A stretch of DNA of 64,000 nt from Candidatus Obscuribacteraceae bacterium (GCA_044229845.1 JBGASG010000001.1:704001-768000); one strand, 5' to 3'; shown: positions 1 to 9,135, numbered from the stretch's first letter. Program-made: numbers and translations. Notes: generated from the sequence alone by a model not told the origin.

Positions 1-1242
1 ACCGGATGCACCAGCCATAGACATTGAGCGCTCCGCCGCCGAGCGAGCCTCGTCAAAGCGCTCTTGTTCTACGTAGACAGCTGCCAATTGCGCCAGGTGG
101 TGCTTAAGGTGTTTCTGACCTTCAGGAGATTGATCTCCGCCTCTGAACAAAATCAATTGCTTGATGCGTTGCTCGGCTCCGTGCAAATTGCCCTCGCGCT
201 TGTCGATGATGGCAAGCAGTTCTTCAGCTTCCAACTTGTGCTTGGCTGAAAGCGGTTTGCGTGACTCGGGCGATTCACCCGTGAGTGTCTTGATCGACCA
301 GGAGACTGTCTTCCAGAGATTGGCGCCCTCATCCCGCTTGGCGCGCAACAGCTCGTTCGTTTCGACAACTATTTGATTCAGATCGACATTCAGTTTGCTG
401 AGGACCTGCCCGGCTCGGTTTTCTGGATGTTTGATCAAGCCCAACATGATGTGCCCGGTGCCGATCATGTCATCCATAGCCACGGCTTCGGCAAAGGCAT
501 CTCCGAGCGCGCGGGAGAGTTCATACCGATTAGCGCGTTGCGTATCGCTGCCCTTGAAGGCTTTCTCAGCGTGGAAGCTCTGGCTGACTACCGCGCGTAC
601 CGCGTCCGTGTCAATCTCTCGCTTGCGCAGCGGCTCGCCGCCGGCAAACTTGGTATCGGAGATGAGTGCCAGCAGTACATGCTCTGTGCCTACCATCTCA
701 CTGCCGTCTCGCAAACATTCTTCGTTGGCTCGCATGATCAGCTCGTCGGCCCGGTCCACAAAACATGCATAGAAGAATGAACGTGGAGTAGTTCCACTTT
801 GCTGCATGACGTGCATGGCCATTTGTTCGACTTGCGGGCGCAAGCGGTTGGCGTCCACTCCCAGGGACTTCAGCACCACTAGAGCGCGATTGTCCGCCTG
901 TTTAATAAGCCCCAACAATAGATGTTCGGTACCGACGTCTGTCGAGCCAAGCCTTTTAGCCTCCTGCGCGGCGATATCCATGACTTGCTGCCCGTCGGGC
1001 GCAAAGGAGATATCAAGACCGCCTGGCTCACTGGCAGGCGTGTTGGACTTTTCGATTTCCGCATGCACAGCCTGGAATGAGACTCCGGCCGCCTTCAAGA
1101 TTTTGGAGGCAGAACCGCTGCCTTCGGCGATTAGACCGAGCAAAAGCTGCTCGGAGCCGATGCCTTTTTGCCGAAAGCGTCGAGTCTCTTCCTGAGCGAG
1201 GGAGATCACTTTGATTGCGCCGGGTGTGAAATTTTCGAACAT
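1..1242 (-). CDS. Tandem Clp N-terminal (Clp-R) domain protein with TPR-like C-terminal part; runs off window start (partial)
   Basis: Not in the ORF track because no stop lies inside the window. Manual translation from ATG at 1242 is open to base 1: MFENFTPGAIKVISLAQEETRR...IGSEQLLLGLI...VGTEHLLLGLI...VGTEHVLLALI...IGTGHIMLGLI (4 Clp-R repeats), then LAQLAAVYVEQERFDEA (TPR-like). No Walker A in 414 aa. Confidence 0.85.
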   Translation of the reverse strand, partial: MFENFTPGAIKVISLAQEETRRFRQKGIGSEQLLLGLIAEGSGSASKILKAAGVSFQAVHAEIEKSNTPASEPGGLDISFAPDGQQVMDIAAQEAKRLGSTDVGTEHLLLGLIKQADNRALVVLKSLGVDANRLRPQVEQMAMHVMQQSGTTPRSFFYACFVDRADELIMRANEECLRDGSEMVGTEHVLLALISDTKFAGGEPLRKREIDTDAVRAVVSQSFHAEKAFKGSDTQRANRYELSRALGDAFAEAVAMDDMIGTGHIMLGLIKHPENRAGQVLSKLNVDLNQIVVETNELLRAKRDEGANLWKTVSWSIKTLTGESPESRKPLSAKHKLEAEELLAIIDKREGNLHGAEQRIKQLILFRGGDQSPEGQKHLKHHLAQLAAVYVEQERFDEARSAAERSMSMAGASG

Positions 1243-1251
1243 AGCCGCAAA

Positions 1252-2733
1252 TTATATCGTTCGGGCCGGCTCTGCGGTTTCGAGGGCTTGCTTAAACTCA
1301 ATCGCGCTTTGTACCCGCTTTGCTTCATCGACGGCTGTGGCACGCGCTATCAACTCGTCAAGAGCAGTCGTCACGGCAGCATTGAAGTTTTGTGGATGGG
1401 CGGGCGTAATCGGCTGTGGATCTTGACCGGTCAAAAGAAAGTGGAGCGTGCCGCCCATTGCGTACACGTCGCTGCGGGGTGTCGGCTTGCCGCGGAACTG
1501 TTCCGGCGGAATGTAAGCATGTTTGCCGACTACTGTTGCGGTCGTTGTTGCTTCTCTCTGGTGCGCGACGTTGAAGTCGATTAGCTTTAGAGTGCCCGCG
1601 GTGGTCAAGATTAGGTTGTCCGGTGTGAAATCGCGGTGCACTACCGGTGGTGCTTGATCGTGCAAGTAGGCCAGAATCTCACACATTTGCAAGCCCAGCT
1701 CAGTCACCATGCTCTCCAAAAGCGGCCCGTTGTCGGTCACCAGCTTGCGCAGTGAATTGCCTTCAATCAACTCCAGAACCAGATAGCCCCGATGGTCTTC
1801 GAAGAAGAAATCGAGAAGCTGCACGATTTGTGGGTGTTGCAGTTTTTGCAACAGCTTCGCTTCGTGCTGCAGCACCTCGATTGATTGTTTGCGCGCATTC
1901 AGAGTCACGTGCACCGGCAATACATACTCTTTGAGAACTACAACCATCTCTTCGCGGTCGTCTGTGGCCAGTGACAGCGCCTTATACGCGGTGCCCTGAC
2001 CGCCCATCCCGATGCGGTCGACAATCACATAGTTGCCACCTTGGAGTTTGGTGTCCGGTGCCAGCGGTGCCAGACGTTCTCTTTGCGGAGTAGCCGAGAG
2101 TGCGTTCAGCCACAACTCTGTATAGGTATGATCAGGAGGCTTGGCGAGCAGCGCCGTCACTTCATAGTCTCGGCGCACGTCTTTGGCATATTTGTTGAGG
2201 GCGCTCAGCACCTTATCTTTGCCGTCAGCCTCGATCAATCCGCCGACGCGAATTTGCATGAGCCGTTTTGGTTTCTTCTGTTTATTTACACCATTGAAGG
2301 TAATCATGGCGTTGTCCTGCAGGGTGCTGCCCGGCAACTGTCGCACTTCGATGTTGTCCACTTGCGACCATGGCACTACCCGTGATGCGCGATCGCCCAT
2401 CTGTTTCCAATGTGTGCGCAGACCTTCGGAGCTGATCTCCAGGTGAGTCGGCTGCAAAAGAAAGCGCGACAGACGTCTGAGGACTATGAATGATACTGGT
2501 GCAAATATCAGCCACCAGGCGGGGTGGAGGAGCGTCGCCCAGACCGCGCCGATAGCCTTTTCCAAGCCTGGTGTAAGCGAGTACAGCGATTCTTTGAACA
2601 ACCACAGAAGACCTACTGCCACCACTGTCGTCAGGTAGAGAATTGGATACGAATTCTCGCGCTCGATCAGATACGCGAGCCAACGACTGGTGTTGCCTTC
2701 TGGTCGATAGGAAATCAGTTGCTCGTCGCTCAT
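1252..2733 (-). CDS. Membrane Ser/Thr protein kinase (N-terminal TM pair, PH-like domain, Hanks kinase)
   Basis: IGMGGQGTAY, VVLKE, HRDFTPDN, DFN, YIPPEQ, SDVYAMG; two hydrophobic N-terminal helices. Confidence 0.92.
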   Translation of the reverse strand: MSDEQLISYRPEGNTSRWLAYLIERENSYPILYLTTVVAVGLLWLFKESLYSLTPGLEKAIGAVWATLLHPAWWLIFAPVSFIVLRRLSRFLLQPTHLEISSEGLRTHWKQMGDRASRVVPWSQVDNIEVRQLPGSTLQDNAMITFNGVNKQKKPKRLMQIRVGGLIEADGKDKVLSALNKYAKDVRRDYEVTALLAKPPDHTYTELWLNALSATPQRERLAPLAPDTKLQGGNYVIVDRIGMGGQGTAYKALSLATDDREEMVVVLKEYVLPVHVTLNARKQSIEVLQHEAKLLQKLQHPQIVQLLDFFFEDHRGYLVLELIEGNSLRKLVTDNGPLLESMVTELGLQMCEILAYLHDQAPPVVHRDFTPDNLILTTAGTLKLIDFNVAHQREATTTATVVGKHAYIPPEQFRGKPTPRSDVYAMGGTLHFLLTGQDPQPITPAHPQNFNAAVTTALDELIARATAVDEAKRVQSAIEFKQALETAEPARTI

Positions 2734-2734
2734 G

Positions 2735-4177
2735 CTACTTTTTCGCGATACTAATGACGTGCGGGGCGATCTGGTCCTTCAATGCTTCGAGGCGTTCTGT
2801 TAAGTCTTCCGCCGACTGAACTCGTTCGCTGACATCGAACTGGTTGCACGCCATCACCAGTTCCGCAACCTCGTTCGACACGCGGGGATTCACGGTCCGC
2901 GGATCATTGGTTGCCAACGCTTCGGGATCTTGTCCAGTCAAAAGGAAATACATGCTGCCGCCCAGAGCGTAGATATCGCTTTGCGTCGTTGCATGCCCCT
3001 GAAATTGCTCGGGGGCGATGTAGGCTTGCTTGCCGACCAGCGTGCCGGTGGCTGTACCGATCAATTCGTTGGCGGCACCAAAGTCGATCAGCACTACTTC
3101 GGCGGCATTACGCAAGACCAGGTTATCTGGAGTCAAATCGCGATGCACGATGGGTGGCTCTTGATTGTGCAGATATTTCAAAATCTTGGCGGTCTGCAAC
3201 GACCAGTCCAGAACAGTGCCCTCATCCTGGGGACCAGCCTGCCTGACCACCTGTCGCAGATCTTCGCCTTCAAGATACTCCAGCATCAGATAATGACGAT
3301 CGTCTTCAACAAAGTGATCGTGCACTTTGGCGATATGGTCATGTTGGAGCCGGCGCAGATAGTTGGCTTCCCGCTCGAACATCTGTCTGGCTTTATTGCG
3401 CAGGTTTTCGTCTGCGGTGTCCGGCACCACCGACTCCTTGAGCACCACGGCTTGCGTGCCGTTCAACTGCGCTAGATAAATGGCTGACAATCCGCCGAAT
3501 GCCAGTTGCCGGATGATCTTCAGCCGCTCCCCCTGGACAAACTGCCCGGGCTGCAGGGGCACGAATGCAGTGGAAGCGAAGCGGCGATTGAGCTCTTCTT
3601 CCCACATCTGGGTGTACGAAAGCTCCCCGACGTTGGCTCTCTCATCGTGCAACTGTCCAAGCAGTGCAGTCAGGCTCATGTCCTTCTCGGCTTCGGTGGC
3701 TCTAACTTCAAGGGCTAACAGCAGTTGTTCCAGGTTTTCGCGGTCCAGATTGGCGAGCGAGAGGCGTGCAACGCTGCCGTTTTTGAAGAAGAGTCGCAGC
3801 TGGGCTTTCTCGTCCGCCATGTCCATGGCAATGCGCGTCAATTCCTTCCATTTCCTTTGCCGCCGCAGCGCTAGGGCAAACAAGAAAACTCCTGGCAGAC
3901 AAATTCCTTCCTTATTGAGAGTGATCGACTTTTCAGCGAAGTTGATCAAAGCGATCAGACCGAGCGAAGTGACCACCAGACTGAGAACAAACGGCACCAG
4001 CAGGTCGGCGGGAGCCTCGGCGCCTCCAAACAGCGCCAGTTTAATCAAGAAACCCAGATAGCCGATCGCGACTAGCGGAGACATAATTGCCCAAACGGGC
4101 ACCAGCGTGCCGGTCACGACCAGTCCGGCGTTTCCAATTCGGCTGCGGTAAGGGATGGAGAGTTCGCTCTCTGCCAC
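2735..4177 (-). CDS. Membrane Ser/Thr protein kinase, paralog of 1252..2733
   Basis: LAFGGLSAIY, VVLKE, HRDLTPDN, DFG, YIAPEQ, SDIYALG; two TM helices. Start is probably GTG at 4177 (track extends to 4309). Confidence 0.9.
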   Translation of the reverse strand: MAESELSIPYRSRIGNAGLVVTGTLVPVWAIMSPLVAIGYLGFLIKLALFGGAEAPADLLVPFVLSLVVTSLGLIALINFAEKSITLNKEGICLPGVFLFALALRRQRKWKELTRIAMDMADEKAQLRLFFKNGSVARLSLANLDRENLEQLLLALEVRATEAEKDMSLTALLGQLHDERANVGELSYTQMWEEELNRRFASTAFVPLQPGQFVQGERLKIIRQLAFGGLSAIYLAQLNGTQAVVLKESVVPDTADENLRNKARQMFEREANYLRRLQHDHIAKVHDHFVEDDRHYLMLEYLEGEDLRQVVRQAGPQDEGTVLDWSLQTAKILKYLHNQEPPIVHRDLTPDNLVLRNAAEVVLIDFGAANELIGTATGTLVGKQAYIAPEQFQGHATTQSDIYALGGSMYFLLTGQDPEALATNDPRTVNPRVSNEVAELVMACNQFDVSERVQSAEDLTERLEALKDQIAPHVISIAKK

Positions 4178-4435
4178 GGCTGGGTCTCGTAGTAATCCGC
4201 TTTGAGCGGGTATTGCCAGTTTCTTAGCGTTTGCAAGGACTGTCAATATCCTTTTCCCTGAAACGGCAGGTTTCAGCCGGTTCGGGTTTCTGCAGGGAAA
4301 AGTGCGCAAGCCCGCACAGTTTCTTGGGCAGGCGGATATTTCACGGGGCTGCCACTTTCGTGTTTTATGTTGCTCGCAGCTCGAGCATACAGCTGCAACT
4401 CGGCCTTCTTACTACACATGCCGGAGAAGATTTGC

Positions 4436-5044
4436 ATGGTCAATTACACCGATTGCTGCTTGAGCAGCGATTTGGAGGCACTCAGTACCGCAGGTGGTAT
4501 CAATACAGAGCATCAGCACCATCATCAGCAGCATGGTCATCCTTCCTGCGATCAACGCAAAGACGCTGCGCTGCGACTGGCCCGGCAGAACAGGCTGCTG
4601 CGCGAGCGTGACATGGAGAGTAAGAGCTGGGGACGTTTCTGCAACGATTGCTACGATCTCGAGGGCGCCGTTATGGCTGGTGACTCGCGATCTACGCAAG
4701 CCATGCTGAAGAACTTCAGACAGGACATAACGCGGTGCATCGGTCTGATTCTTCAGCAGGTAGCGGTCGATTTGAAGTTTGGTGGCATCACCATGAACTA
4801 TGTGCTGCTTTCGACGGATCAGTATCGTATCGAGGTGAGCCTGCAGACTGCCTTTAATGAGAAGCGCTGGCCGGTTGTTTCGTTCAACACGCACCCACTG
4901 GCGCAACCGTATGTGGTGGGCGGACTGTCTGCTGGAGCTCCGACGGTTGAGCAAGCGTTCAAACTGATCGGAGATCGTGGTGTTATGTTGCTGGCAGGTG
5001 CTACTGCCGTAGTGCCTGCAACTGAGCGGTCGCTTCATTGTTGA
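4436..5044 (+). CDS. Hypothetical protein with His/Gln-rich segment and Cys motifs
   Basis: GGAG 9 nt before ATG 4436; HQHHHQQHGH, CC and CNDC motifs; no family recognised. Confidence 0.6.
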   Translation: MVNYTDCCLSSDLEALSTAGGINTEHQHHHQQHGHPSCDQRKDAALRLARQNRLLRERDMESKSWGRFCNDCYDLEGAVMAGDSRSTQAMLKNFRQDITRCIGLILQQVAVDLKFGGITMNYVLLSTDQYRIEVSLQTAFNEKRWPVVSFNTHPLAQPYVVGGLSAGAPTVEQAFKLIGDRGVMLLAGATAVVPATERSLHC

Positions 5045-5195
5045 AGCACGCTCTGGCGTAGGATATGCTGTCGTCCAGCATTCGATTTATGTCGGCGGTT
5101 GAGACATACAGATCGTCAGACAATATGGTTCACCGAGACTCTAATGATTAGATTCCCAGAAAGGCGAGAAATGTACCGCAAGGTGCCGCGCTGCT

Positions 5196-6038
5196 TTACC
5201 GCGGCGACAACCCGAGATAGGGATCGTCGAGGTCGAAGTTGAGAACCTCCCGAAAGAGCCATTTCGTCACCGCGTCCGGGCGCACCGGTTTTGACTTGGC
5301 CAGCGATTCGTGAATCGTGCTACGCCTGTGCACTTCGTTGTCGCGTGTGTCCTGCACCAGGGCCTGCCACTGTGAGGCTTCATCCATAGTCAGTTTTTGA
5401 ACACCCGGAGCAACCTCCGGCAAATCTGGTTTTGTCGAGGCGATCGGCTTGGTAGAGCGCTCGGTCGCAGTAGCGGCGCCTCCGCCAGCACCCATCCCTG
5501 CGGCAGTCAGAGAGATGGAATGAGGTGTGGACTTCAACGAAAGCCTTTTAATGGCGTCGGTGTGGTATTCGTAGAGAGCCGCCTGGCGCCTTTCGAACGG
5601 CATTGATGCGATGTAGTCCAACGTTTTGAACCACTTCAGCTGCGCCAGGTATGCATCCGGAGTGTACATACCCGGCAGAATGTCCAGCACTTGCCCGTCC
5701 GCTGCGAGAACATAAGTGGCAATGTTGCCGGGGATGGTGCGATTGATGACGTGTCCATTTCGGAAGTCGATGCTGATGATGGGAACGTCTCGAACAGATT
5801 CCCAAACGGGCTCGAACGTCGCGTTTATGAAGTCGGCAATCCTCTGGTCTGAGAACAACATCGTTCTCGCCAGCCGAGCATTGGTGCAGCACAATTCTTC
5901 GTCGAGCTTACCCAGCATCTGAAACAGAAAAATGAGTGCACCCGATTCGCTCGCGCTTTGACACGCAGTGACTGCATCGGCACGCCATCTGATTAAGCCT
6001 GGTTCGCAACGGTTACCTTGATCACACGGCAAATCCAT
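5196..6038 (-). CDS. Thioredoxin-like protein with vicinal Cys-Cys motif
   Basis: IRW..D...A...S..SG.LIFLFQMLGKLDEELCC then LFSDQRIADFINATFEPVW and YVLAADGQVL: the Thioredoxin_7-like pattern. Confidence 0.7.
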   Translation of the reverse strand: MDLPCDQGNRCEPGLIRWRADAVTACQSASESGALIFLFQMLGKLDEELCCTNARLARTMLFSDQRIADFINATFEPVWESVRDVPIISIDFRNGHVINRTIPGNIATYVLAADGQVLDILPGMYTPDAYLAQLKWFKTLDYIASMPFERRQAALYEYHTDAIKRLSLKSTPHSISLTAAGMGAGGGAATATERSTKPIASTKPDLPEVAPGVQKLTMDEASQWQALVQDTRDNEVHRRSTIHESLAKSKPVRPDAVTKWLFREVLNFDLDDPYLGLSPR

Positions 6039-6376
6039 GATCGACTACCCCTGAAGAGCGGGAGGCACATTGCAATTTTCATCATAACAAAGCAGTAATC
6101 TGAACGAGTGTGACCAAAGTCGCCAGGAGCGGCATGAATAGTCAATGCGCGCCAGATTAGACGCGGTTCAGATTTCTTGCTACATTCCGCAATCATAGAC
6201 TGAAAGCGTGTTTCGGCAGATTTAAGCAGAACATCCGGTAACGATGGGTTTAAAGATTAGATTGGCGTTTCAGTGAGGTTTGTACGAATGACACACCCCA
6301 GGAAGCTCCTCTAACATATTGCCGAACTGTTCCCTGTCCTAGCGGTTGGCGGCTTCAATATTTTGAGGGTCCTTGC

Positions 6377-6808
6377 ATGAGCGATGACTTGTTCTCCGCC
6401 TATGCAATCTATTCCAACACTCATGCGAACCTGCCGAAGCAGGATATTCGTGTGCCTGGATTGGGCGAGTGCATGCTGCGCGCGTTGGGTTTCAAGCGAA
6501 ACGAGCCCTTCTACGGCGTTGATGGCGATCGCATCGCTGCGCGGTTTCCGCATAGAGGCTGGGATTGGGCGAGGCATGGCTACCAGGAAGATGAGCCCTT
6601 CTGGATCACCGAGGGCAAGCAAAACGAAATGTCAGCGCACTTCATTTTGGCGTTCATGGCCATGAATGTAGCGTTTGCAATTTACATCATCGGAGAAAAA
6701 GCGAAGCCACAAGAGCAGTCGGTGGCCGCTCCTCCCGCTGTGCGATATGCACAACCGGACAAGCAGCAAGCGGCGGTATCACGGGTGCAGTTTTACGTTC
6801 AGCGCTGA
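6377..6808 (+). CDS. Hypothetical single-TM membrane protein (paralog A)
   Basis: GAGG RBS; shares DLFxAYA/IRVP/GxDGDxIAAR/WxWA motifs with the next gene; one TM helix; Q/P-rich tail. Confidence 0.8.
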   Translation: MSDDLFSAYAIYSNTHANLPKQDIRVPGLGECMLRALGFKRNEPFYGVDGDRIAARFPHRGWDWARHGYQEDEPFWITEGKQNEMSAHFILAFMAMNVAFAIYIIGEKAKPQEQSVAAPPAVRYAQPDKQQAAVSRVQFYVQR

Positions 6809-6814
6809 GGAAAT

Positions 6815-7309
6815 ATGAAACACGATCTGTTTACAGCCTACGCAAGCTATTACTGCAATACGGAATCGAATCCGAACATTCGTGTGCCGGATGTGATCGA
6901 GTGTGTGGCGAGAATCTTTGGCTACAAGCGCGGGCAGCCCTTTTTCGGCAGCGACGGCGATAAAATCGCGGCGCGCTATCAATCGCGCTGCAGCTGGAAC
7001 TGGGCCGACGACATCGAGCAAGCCCCCGACCCGACTCCGTGGTGGGTGGCGCAGGGCCGGCGCAATGAAAACATGGCATACATCCTGGTCTTGTTCATGG
7101 CGCTTTTTGCGGGCGGTGGACTCCTGGCACTGTGGACCACATACGCCGAGGCTAAGTATCAAGAACAGTCCGCTGCTCGCTGGCAGCAGGCGCAAGAGCC
7201 GTACGCGCAGTTCAGTCCTACTCCTCAGGTTCAACCGTACGGGGGTTATAGCTCTCCGGATCAGCAGAGCATTGCCCAGACGCGGGTGCACACCTATACG
7301 CCGCGCTGA
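6815..7309 (+). CDS. Hypothetical single-TM membrane protein (paralog B)
   Basis: GAGG RBS; 6 bp after paralog A; same motifs. Confidence 0.8.
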   Translation: MKHDLFTAYASYYCNTESNPNIRVPDVIECVARIFGYKRGQPFFGSDGDKIAARYQSRCSWNWADDIEQAPDPTPWWVAQGRRNENMAYILVLFMALFAGGGLLALWTTYAEAKYQEQSAARWQQAQEPYAQFSPTPQVQPYGGYSSPDQQSIAQTRVHTYTPR

Positions 7310-7315
7310 TTGCGC

Positions 7316-8332
7316 CTAGTTCTTTGACGGTGCACCGTAGGTGGCGGCCTTGGGTGCTGCCTTCGATTCGACACCGGCTGCTTGTTGAAACTTATCGAGG
7401 GACGCATTCCGATTGGCTTCGGCTTCGCACAGAGCCGGGTTACAAATCAAAGCTTCGTCGAACTCTTTAAGCGCGCGCTCGTATTCGCCTGCCTCGTGAT
7501 AGGCGATGCCTAGCTTGTTGTGAACTTCGCCGAGTTTTGGATTGAAAGTCAGCGCTTGCTTGAAGTCAGACACCGCTCGCGGATAGTCTTGCAGCGCCAG
7601 GTAAATCTGCCCGCGATTGTAATAGGCCTGCCAGTTGCCTGGATTGTTGTAGATAGACTTGTTGTAATCGGCTAGAGCGGCATCGTAGTTGCCGATGCGG
7701 ATTAGCGCGTTGGCTCGATTGGTCAATGCTTCCGCATGGTGTGGATCTTTTTTCAAAGCCTCGTTGTATTCAGCGACTGCTTTGTCAAACTTGCCCTGCG
7801 CGTAGCAAACGTTGCCACGACCGTAGTATGGCTCGGCACTGCCCGGATCCAGCTTCTGCGCTCGATTGAAATCGGCGACCGCAGCTGCGAGATTGCCGGC
7901 TGCACTGTTGCATGCACCACGATTCATATAAATGAGCGGTGAGTCCGGATTGGTTCGCAGCGCCGCGCCGTAATCTGCAAGCGCCTGCGAATATCTCTTC
8001 TGGGCGGTCAATGACAGGGCGCGGTTGGCGTGCGCAGAATATCGGGATCTATCAAGCGCCAGGCATCTGGTGAAGTCCGCGATCGCCTGCTCGTGCTTTT
8101 GCATAGCAGCGTACGCCAACCCGCGATTGTAGTAGGCGGCCGCATTCTTGGGGTTGAACGCGATTGCCTTGGTGAGATGGGCGATCGCATCTTTGAGGTG
8201 ATGAAACAAATACGCGTGCGTGCCCTGGTTGTACTCGCTCTCAGCCGGCGTGGCAGCTTTTGCGGATGGAGCGAAACCAGCGCACGCGACGACAACAGCG
8301 GTGAGAAACGCGGCCGCCAGAATCTTCTTCAA
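7316..8332 (-). CDS. Secreted TPR repeat protein
   Basis: Signal peptide MKKILAAAFLTAVVVACAGFAPSAKA; about 8 TPRs (AYYNRG.AY...A.ADF..A..L.P). Confidence 0.92.
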   Translation of the reverse strand: MKKILAAAFLTAVVVACAGFAPSAKAATPAESEYNQGTHAYLFHHLKDAIAHLTKAIAFNPKNAAAYYNRGLAYAAMQKHEQAIADFTRCLALDRSRYSAHANRALSLTAQKRYSQALADYGAALRTNPDSPLIYMNRGACNSAAGNLAAAVADFNRAQKLDPGSAEPYYGRGNVCYAQGKFDKAVAEYNEALKKDPHHAEALTNRANALIRIGNYDAALADYNKSIYNNPGNWQAYYNRGQIYLALQDYPRAVSDFKQALTFNPKLGEVHNKLGIAYHEAGEYERALKEFDEALICNPALCEAEANRNASLDKFQQAAGVESKAAPKAATYGAPSKN

Positions 8333-9135
8333 GAGCGCAGACCTCGAATGAACGAAACTCTTATGTGAACCCGCGAAATGCCGTAACTGGGGAAACGACC
8401 GGCAGATTTCCGCAGCAGCTCGAGAGTGCGGCGCGCCGATTTCTCCAACTCGTCTGTGGCGAATTTGTTGTCCGACTGATCTGAAATTTCGAGGATGTTG
8501 AAATTCTCGTCCACCACCAGGTGGAACGAGATGGCGCCCTCACCGCTGGCATTTTTCTGCCAGATGCTGGTGGCGGCTTCTTGCAGTTTTTCTTCCCAGC
8601 GCTGCCAGGCTTCGCCGTTGTTGCTCATCTCGCGTTCAAAAGCCATCCACATCGCTCGCATACCCGGGTCTGCCGGCGGGCAGCGCACCAGATGCACCAT
8701 CACCCGCACGCGCTCGCCGTTTTGATCGATGCCTTCATCCAAGCGGGTCGTCTTTGCTTTCAAAATGTCATCATCAAGTTTTGCGCTGGCGGCCACGAAA
8801 CGCACCGTTGCTGGTATCGCCGGCATAAGTCGTGCTTGATTGGTGAAGCCTTTCAGATCCATCTTTTGCCAATCTTGAATCGTAATCGTGTTTAGTTTTG
8901 CCTCGCCCTGCAGTTGCGTCGAGTTGGTGCCGCCCTGCAGTTGGGTTGCACCAGTGCCGCCCTGCAGTTGCGTCGAGTCGGCACCACCCTTCAAGCTTCC
9001 GTCATCCAGTATGGGTGTCTGCTGCTGCAGCGACTGCTTACCGCTCTGGTTTACCGCGGGTTGATTTTTTGCGGGCGCCGGCTGGTCCGCGGTCAGCAGA
9101 AAACAGACAAGCAATAGGAACATGCAGCGTCTCAT
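8329..9135 (-). CDS. Secreted protein with TQLQGG repeats and TonB C-terminal-like domain
   Basis: Signal peptide; LKGGADSTQLQGGTGATQLQGGTNSTQLQGE; C-terminal W...L......W..N....G...F...VD pattern resembling TonB_C. Confidence 0.65.
   Translation of the reverse strand: MRRCMFLLLVCFLLTADQPAPAKNQPAVNQSGKQSLQQQTPILDDGSLKGGADSTQLQGGTGATQLQGGTNSTQLQGEAKLNTITIQDWQKMDLKGFTNQARLMPAIPATVRFVAASAKLDDDILKAKTTRLDEGIDQNGERVRVMVHLVRCPPADPGMRAMWMAFEREMSNNGEAWQRWEEKLQEAATSIWQKNASGEGAISFHLVVDENFNILEISDQSDNKFATDELEKSARRTLELLRKSAGRFPSYGISRVHIRVSFIRGLRS
8904..8990. repeat. 27-bp coding tandem repeat, about 3.2 copies
   Basis: CGCCCTGCAGTTG-N14 units start at 8904, 8931 and 8958. Confidence 0.9.

Noticed and set aside
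64..1195. Plus-strand ORFs 64..249, 373..780, 806..1195 and similar
   Set aside because: Antisense shadows of the minus-strand Clp-N/TPR gene (1..1242).
6226..6260. CATC-CGGTAA-CGATG hairpin resembling c-di-GMP-I riboswitch P2
   Set aside because: Lacks the GGCAAACC and GCAAAG consensus and a P3 stem.
8904..8990. 27-bp repeats as a mini CRISPR array
   Set aside because: In-frame coding tandem repeats with no spacers and no cas genes.
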